Shown: one piece after another, positions 58,621 to 64,000 of the stretch
How positions within the stretch are numbered: position 1 is the stretch's first letter
Layout of the letters: each line of letters opens with the position of its first letter
Origin: Treponemataceae bacterium
GTDB taxonomy: Bacteria; Spirochaetota; Spirochaetia; Treponematales; Rectinemataceae
Direction: 5' to 3'
Assembly: GCA_963678065.2 (NCBI GenBank)
Contig: CAXXVZ010000004.1
Span: forward strand, 735,414-799,413
DNA: 64,000 nt
Position numbers and translations under genes: made by a program
The notes under the pieces: model-generated
What the model was told of the DNA's origin: nothing
Seen by the model: the letters and a program-made list of their open reading frames with translations, nothing else
The model's database searches: none

Positions 58621-58649
58621 ATTATGAACGACGGGCGGGATTTCGGCAA
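58621..58649 (-). promoter_or_regulatory. Sigma70-like promoter of nagZ, leaderless configuration
   Basis: TTGCCG-17 bp-CATAAT-6 nt-ATG(58614); no SD. Confidence 0.65.
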
Positions 58650-58659
58650 CCCGCCGGCT

Positions 58660-60921
58660 TCACAGTCCTTCCGAGAGCTCCTCGACCTCGATCCCGCCGA
58701 AAAGGCAGCGCCCGCGGGCGCTGCGGCAGAACCCGAACATGCCGTTGGCGAATGCGCTGTCCTCCAGGTCGAAAACGATGATGCCGTCGACCCTGACGAC
58801 GAGGCGCGCTCCGACAGCCTCAACCTCGAATGCGACCGGCCTGCCGCGCCGCCAGTCGAAGGCTTTTTCGGCGATGACGGAGAGCGTGGAATCGTTCTTG
58901 AGGAAGGCGACGCGCCCGGGCGCCGACAGGACGGCGGCGTACCACATCATCGCGCCTTTCGCGCGGAAAAGGACGCCGTGGCCCTCGCCCGCGAGCGGCG
59001 TCAGCGTCGTGCGGAACCTGAGGTCGCGGCTGTAGTAATTGCCCGTGTAGAACTCGGCGCGCCCGACGCTCATGGCATGCAGGCAGCCGTCTCCGAGGGT
59101 CCAGAACCCCTTGTTCGTGGTGCCGGGCGTGATCGTGGCGAACTCCTGGGCCTGTTTTGCGAAATCGACCGCGTACCGCGCCTTTCCCGAAACCGAAAAA
59201 TCCCTGACAAGAAGGCGGCCGAGCCACTTTTCATCGCTGAGCGCCTCGACCTTGAATCCGATCTCGTCTATGGCCGCGCCGCCTGAGTCCGGGAGAGGGA
59301 ACTCGACTTCGGTCCAGCTGCCCGGCGAGAGCTCGATCGTCCCGCCTTCAAGCACAGTCTTGCGCCAGGTCTCGCGGGCGTAGGGTATCACCGCGAGGCT
59401 CGGGCCGGACCAGCGTTCGGCCATGACTTTGAAGCGCATGGTCTGGCCGGAGTACGCGAGCGGCGAGAAGGCCGGCGAGTACCGCTCGTCGTCGAAATCC
59501 TCGCGCCGGTAGAAAGGCTTGAAGAAGACTCCGCAGCCCGCGCCGCGCTGGACGCGGTCGACGAGGACTTCGAGGGCGCCGCGGCGCGCGCCGTCGTCGC
59601 CGTCGGGAAGGTCGCAGTGCTTGAGCGCGAGCGCGTTCGAATCGCTGCGGAATCCATGCGTCGATCCGGGAAGGGCGAAATCGAAGAAGAGTTCGCGAAA
59701 ACGGGTCGTCTTTTCAAGGTTGCACGGGAGGGCGGCTGCGGCAAAGGCGCCATTCACGCCCGCTTCCGCCGATACGCCCGCTTCCACCGACACGCTGCTG
59801 GCACGATCCGCGGAATCCGCTGTGTCGAGGCGGGTTCCGAGCACCGCGAGCTGCTTCGCGAAGGTGGGCAGGTCGACGATGTTGAGAGAGCCTGCGATGC
59901 TCGAGCAGGCGAAAAAGTCGTTCATGGGCGCGCGGTAGCGCTCAGCCACGCCCGCGATTCCGCCGGCCACGCCGACGATGGTGCCGACATTCCCCGCGTT
60001 GCAGTCCGTGTCCCAGCCGCACATGGTCGCAATCTCGACGGTGCGGGAGAGATCGCCGCAGCCGTAGAGGAGGGCGAGGATGCAGACACCCGCGTTCGGG
60101 ATTATGTGGCAGACGCCGGGGTAGCGGTCGTAGCCGAATTCCGCCGTCAGGTAGTCCATGCAGGCGCGGAAATCGCCCGGATTGGCGGTGTGGAAGGCGC
60201 GCACGGCGCCCACGACGCGGGCGTATTCCGAGTCGGGAGGAATCACCGGGAGGGCCGCGTCCAGGATCGCGTCGATGTCGGAAGTGCCGAACGCCGCGGA
60301 GATCGCGGCCGCGATGAATCGGCCGCCATAGAGGCCGTTGCCGTCGTGGGAGACGCTCGCGGCCATGCCTGCGTACAGGGCAGCGCGCGCAGGGTCGTCC
60401 GGGAACACGAGTCCCCAGGTGTCGACGAAAATCTGTCCGCCGATCTGCTCCGCCACCGCGGCGCCGTTCGTAGCTATCGAGCCTGAGTCGGGGGCGGCGA
60501 GCCCTGAGGCGAGGTTGAGGTAGGCCGTGTGCTCGGTCGAGCGGCCGTAACCGCCCCACCAGTAGAATCCCTTCTCCTCCCGGGTGTAGTTGAGCCAGGC
60601 TTTGCCCACGTCGGCGGCGGAGAAACCGCCGGTCCCATGGGCTGAGGCTTCGAGTCCTGCGGCAGAAATACCAGGCGAAGCCATGTCGATGTGTCGTCCC
60701 GAATCGACGAGGGCGCGGATGAAGAAGGCGGGACCGTTGAAATCGTCGTCGGCGGCGAAGTTTTTGTAGTCCTTCACGTAGGAGCGGATGTCGCCGTAGG
60801 TTTTCCTGATCCGGTCGTAGGTCCAGATCGTCGGCTCGACGGGCGCGCCTATCCTGATTCCGATGCATTTGCCCAAAAGCCCTGCGTACACTTTTTCGAG
60901 ATAGTCTCCGGGGATCGACAT
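58660..60921 (-). CDS. ADP-ribosylglycohydrolase-family protein with C-terminal beta-sandwich domains
   Basis: GAPVE, ADDD, EQIGGQI, SVSHDG, GWDTDCNAGNVG motifs; 753 aa. Confidence 0.88.
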   Translation of the reverse strand: MSIPGDYLEKVYAGLLGKCIGIRIGAPVEPTIWTYDRIRKTYGDIRSYVKDYKNFAADDDFNGPAFFIRALVDSGRHIDMASPGISAAGLEASAHGTGGFSAADVGKAWLNYTREEKGFYWWGGYGRSTEHTAYLNLASGLAAPDSGSIATNGAAVAEQIGGQIFVDTWGLVFPDDPARAALYAGMAASVSHDGNGLYGGRFIAAAISAAFGTSDIDAILDAALPVIPPDSEYARVVGAVRAFHTANPGDFRACMDYLTAEFGYDRYPGVCHIIPNAGVCILALLYGCGDLSRTVEIATMCGWDTDCNAGNVGTIVGVAGGIAGVAERYRAPMNDFFACSSIAGSLNIVDLPTFAKQLAVLGTRLDTADSADRASSVSVEAGVSAEAGVNGAFAAAALPCNLEKTTRFRELFFDFALPGSTHGFRSDSNALALKHCDLPDGDDGARRGALEVLVDRVQRGAGCGVFFKPFYRREDFDDERYSPAFSPLAYSGQTMRFKVMAERWSGPSLAVIPYARETWRKTVLEGGTIELSPGSWTEVEFPLPDSGGAAIDEIGFKVEALSDEKWLGRLLVRDFSVSGKARYAVDFAKQAQEFATITPGTTNKGFWTLGDGCLHAMSVGRAEFYTGNYYSRDLRFRTTLTPLAGEGHGVLFRAKGAMMWYAAVLSAPGRVAFLKNDSTLSVIAEKAFDWRRGRPVAFEVEAVGARLVVRVDGIIVFDLEDSAFANGMFGFCRSARGRCLFGGIEVEELSEGL

Positions 60922-61013
60922 GGTTTCTCCGTATTCGTCAGAAATTGCGCCGTTTCATTCACGGCAATCGCCTGCGATGCGGCCCCGCCACACGACGGAG
61001 CCGCCCGACAGGA

Positions 61014-62441
61014 TTATTTCAGTGTCTTGTTCGCGTAGGCGGTCAGCTCGACGCCGCCGGCCTTGTTCCACTTGGCCACGAACTCGTCGAAGGCGCTTAC
61101 CGGCTTCTTCCCGGTGACGATGTCGGCCATGTACTCCTTGTACAGGTTGGTCATGGCGTCCCAGTTCGAGATGTACTGCTCGGGAACGAGGATGTTCCTG
61201 TCCGGCATCATGTACTTCTTGGCCATGGCTCCGGCTTCGACGGCGGCCTTGGTCATGATGGGGCGCGACAAGGGTTTATCGGGGTTGAAGCCGTTGAAGG
61301 AATCCCCGAACCAGCCATTGTACCACTCGGAATACTTATCGGTGAGGACGTACTGCTTGCCGTCGTCATTGTAGTGCAGACCGGGGATGCCGAGCTTGGC
61401 GATCTTGAGTCCGGCCGGGCTCCACATGAAATCGAGGACGGCGAAGGCCGCCGCCTTGACTTTCGAGCCGGCGGCGATGGCGAAACCGCGCGTCTCTTTC
61501 GTGACGTCGACGAAGGGAGTCAGGCCTTGAGCCTTGCCCTTGGCGGGGGGAAGGGCGACGAGGTCCGTCCCCTGGGCCTTCATCATCTTGTTGACGTAGA
61601 CGTCGACGGAGCCGGGGGCGACGCCGGGAATCATGCCGGCCTTGCCCTCGTAGAAGACCTGCTCTTTCGAGTCCCACTTCTTGGTGAGGTACTCGGGGTC
61701 GAGCAGCCCGTCCTTGTAGAGCTTGGCATAGAATTCGATCTTGGCCTTCTCGTTCGCGGAAACGCGCGAGTAGAACCACTTTCCGTCGGCGCCCTTCATC
61801 CAGGTCGAGGTGTTGCCGAAGGCCGCGTCGAAGATGGCGTCGAGCTCCTCGATGCCGTTCGTCGCTCCCGTCACGCAGATGCCGTAGGCGGCGCCTTTCT
61901 TCGCGACGAGATCCTTGAAGAGAGCGTAGTATGTGTCGACCGAGGGGTTCGTCATGACGGCCTTGGCCGAGGGGAGGGACTCGAACCAGTCGCGGCGCAT
62001 CACGGGAGTCCTCACGCGGGGCGGAGCGATCCAGACGAGGTAGGGGTAGTTCTCGAGCCGCGCGACTGAGTGCGCGTCCATGAGACTCTTGAAATACTTG
62101 GACTTGGCGACCCAGGGTCTCATGTCTTCCAGGATATCCTGCATGGCGAGCTTCTCGTCGCCGCCCTGGAAATAGATGAGATCGGGCAGGTCGCCCGACA
62201 TGATCATGAGGCTGAGCTTCTCCGCGTAATTGGCCGAAGGAACCTTCACGACCTCGATGTCCACCGGGGTGCCCGCTTCCTCCATCCCCTTCTCGATGAG
62301 ACTGACGAACTTCGCCGCGTTCGGATCGGTGTCGAGATCCTTGAGGGCGAGGCGGACCTTGGGAGTCGCGGCCCCGGCGATCACGGCACAGACGACCATG
62401 AAAACCGCGAGCGCGACGAACATGTACCTTCGTTTCTTCAC
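61014..62441 (-). CDS. Carbohydrate ABC transporter substrate-binding protein (LplA-like)
   Basis: Signal peptide; SGDLPDL, LYKDGLLDPE, FDEFVAKWNKAGG; GTG start after AAGGAGG. Confidence 0.9.
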   Translation of the reverse strand: MKKRRYMFVALAVFMVVCAVIAGAATPKVRLALKDLDTDPNAAKFVSLIEKGMEEAGTPVDIEVVKVPSANYAEKLSLMIMSGDLPDLIYFQGGDEKLAMQDILEDMRPWVAKSKYFKSLMDAHSVARLENYPYLVWIAPPRVRTPVMRRDWFESLPSAKAVMTNPSVDTYYALFKDLVAKKGAAYGICVTGATNGIEELDAIFDAAFGNTSTWMKGADGKWFYSRVSANEKAKIEFYAKLYKDGLLDPEYLTKKWDSKEQVFYEGKAGMIPGVAPGSVDVYVNKMMKAQGTDLVALPPAKGKAQGLTPFVDVTKETRGFAIAAGSKVKAAAFAVLDFMWSPAGLKIAKLGIPGLHYNDDGKQYVLTDKYSEWYNGWFGDSFNGFNPDKPLSRPIMTKAAVEAGAMAKKYMMPDRNILVPEQYISNWDAMTNLYKEYMADIVTGKKPVSAFDEFVAKWNKAGGVELTAYANKTLK

Positions 62442-62455
62442 GATGACCTCCTTGA

Positions 62456-63355
62456 CTATTCCTTCACTCCACCCTCCATGACCCCGCGAGTGTAGTACTT
62501 CAGGATCAGGGGATAGAGGACGAGAACCGGTAGAATCGCCACGACGATCGTGCCCGACTGGAGTGCCTTGTAACTGAGGCGGGCGGCCTCGTCGTAGCTG
62601 AAAAGGGCGCCCGAGCCGATGAGGCTCGAGGTGTCGTCGAGGACGACGAACTGCCTGAGGATGAGCTGGAGCGGGTATTTCGCGGGATCGCTCAGATAGA
62701 TGCTCGCGCGGAAGTATTCGTTCCAGTGGTAGACCCCGTAGAAGAGGCCGAGCGTCGCGAGAGCCGACTGGGAAAGGGGAACCATGACGCGCCAGAGGAC
62801 CGTCCACTGGCCGGCCCCGTCCACGCGCGCCGCGTCGACGAGAGACTGCGGAACTTCCTCGAAAAAGCGCATCAGGATGATGAGGTAGTACACGTTGACG
62901 GTCTTGTAGAGGATGACGGACCAGAGGCTGTTCATGAGGCCGATGCGCTTCACGACGAGGTATTCCGTGATGAGGCCCGGCTCGAGGACCATGATGACGA
63001 TGACGAGGATCATGAAAATGCGCTTGCCCGGAAGTCTGGGGCGGGTGAGAGCGAAGGCCGCCATCGACGTGACAGCGAGGTTGATCGCGGTGCCGACCGC
63101 CGTGACGTAGATCGCGTTGAGGATGCTCTTCATGAACAGGGGATTCGCGAGGAGCACCCGGTAATTGACGAGCGAGAACCCCTTCGGCAGGACGCTCAAG
63201 CCCGTGAGCTCCGAGACCCTCTTCGGATCGGAGAGGGAGAGGGCGAGAATGTTGAGCAGCGGGACGAGGACGATGGCTGCCACGACGACGAGGAAGACAG
63301 AGAGAAAGACGCGAAAAACCGCTTCGCTCGGGGAGCTGTGTATTGTCGCGCGCAT
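62456..63355 (-). CDS. Carbohydrate ABC transporter permease (LplC-like)
   Basis: LVDAARVDGA, HWNEYF, YPLQLIL, GGVKE; start re-called at ATG 63355. Confidence 0.92.
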   Translation of the reverse strand: MRATIHSSPSEAVFRVFLSVFLVVVAAIVLVPLLNILALSLSDPKRVSELTGLSVLPKGFSLVNYRVLLANPLFMKSILNAIYVTAVGTAINLAVTSMAAFALTRPRLPGKRIFMILVIVIMVLEPGLITEYLVVKRIGLMNSLWSVILYKTVNVYYLIILMRFFEEVPQSLVDAARVDGAGQWTVLWRVMVPLSQSALATLGLFYGVYHWNEYFRASIYLSDPAKYPLQLILRQFVVLDDTSSLIGSGALFSYDEAARLSYKALQSGTIVVAILPVLVLYPLILKYYTRGVMEGGVKE

Positions 63356-64000
63356 CACCAGAGCCCCTTTCCCGTGGCACGCTTGGCGGCGGCGTGGGTC
63401 GACAATATCAGCGCGAGTCCGATCACGCCCTTGAAGAGGCTGGCGGCTGTCGAGAAGGAGTACTGCATGTTGACGAGTCCGATGCGGTAGACGAAGGTAT
63501 CCAGAATGTCGACGACGCTGATCACGGAGTCGTTCGTCATGTTGAAGACCTGGTCGAAGCCCGCGTTGAGGAAGAAACCGAGGTTCAGGATAAAGACAGT
63601 GATCATGGTCGGCACGAGCTCGGGCAGGGTGATGTAGCGCATCTTCGCGAGGACGCCCGCGCCGTCCATGTCGGCGGACTCGTAGAGGCTGGGGCTGATC
63701 CGCATGAGGGCTGCGAGGTAGATGATGGAGTCCCAGCCGAAGCTCCTCCAGGTCTCGGAGACGAAGAGAACCCAGCGTATGTGTTCCTTGCTCGTCATGT
63801 AGTCGATGATGGGCAGGCCGAGAAGGGTCCTGATGCGGTTTGCCCCTCCCGTTTTGGGCGAAAGAAAGCCGATCCACACGCCCGCGATGACGACCCAGGA
63901 AAGGAAGTGCGGCAGGTAGGCGACTGCCTGCACGAATTTCCGCACGACGGCGGCTCGCAGTTCGTTCACCATCAGGGCGAAGATGATGGGAATCGGGAAG
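63355..64000 (-). CDS. Carbohydrate ABC transporter permease (LplB-like), 5'-truncated at window edge
   Basis: YLPHFLSWVV, GWDSIIYLAAL, LYESADMDGA. Confidence 0.92.
   Translation of the reverse strand, partial: FPIPIIFALMVNELRAAVVRKFVQAVAYLPHFLSWVVIAGVWIGFLSPKTGGANRIRTLLGLPIIDYMTSKEHIRWVLFVSETWRSFGWDSIIYLAALMRISPSLYESADMDGAGVLAKMRYITLPELVPTMITVFILNLGFFLNAGFDQVFNMTNDSVISVVDILDTFVYRIGLVNMQYSFSTAASLFKGVIGLALILSTHAAAKRATGKGLW

Noticed and set aside
61014..63380. 788-aa ORF suggesting a fused permease-SBP
   Set aside because: The N-terminal part is an off-frame read through the permease gene; the SBP has its own SD, GTG start (62441) and signal peptide

Overview
A 64 kb GC-rich bacterial chromosomal window. 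Spirochaetota (free-living Spirochaetales-like) is inferred from lipoprotein signal style and gene content; this is not proven. It is mostly catabolic and housekeeping genes: GTP-PEPCK, a ClC antiporter, a citrate lyase operon (citCDEFX-tctCBA-citG), a MoxR/DUF58/DUF4129 triad, a beta-propeller sensor kinase with a UvrY/NarL-type regulator, four sugar ABC systems, a gnd/PfkB sugar-acid cluster, a membrane pyrophosphatase, exbB-exbD-tonB, a sigma54 two-component system, nagZ and an ADP-ribosylglycohydrolase-family gene. No rRNA, tRNA, CRISPR array, transposase or integrase was seen. Most notable: (1) a lower-GC island with a LacI regulator fused to a whole ABC solute-binding domain, two candidate operators, and a phosphodiesterase plus phosphomutase pathway; (2) a membrane PPase whose conserved ion-gate residues are rewritten; (3) a Braun-lipoprotein-like coiled-coil lipoprotein beside nagZ; (4) a complete sigma54 promoter and enhancer readable in the DNA; (5) five apparent leaderless promoters; (6) recurrent in-frame low-complexity insertions in conserved enzymes. 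Many starts were re-called from Shine-Dalgarno (SD) or promoter evidence and differ from the ORF track.
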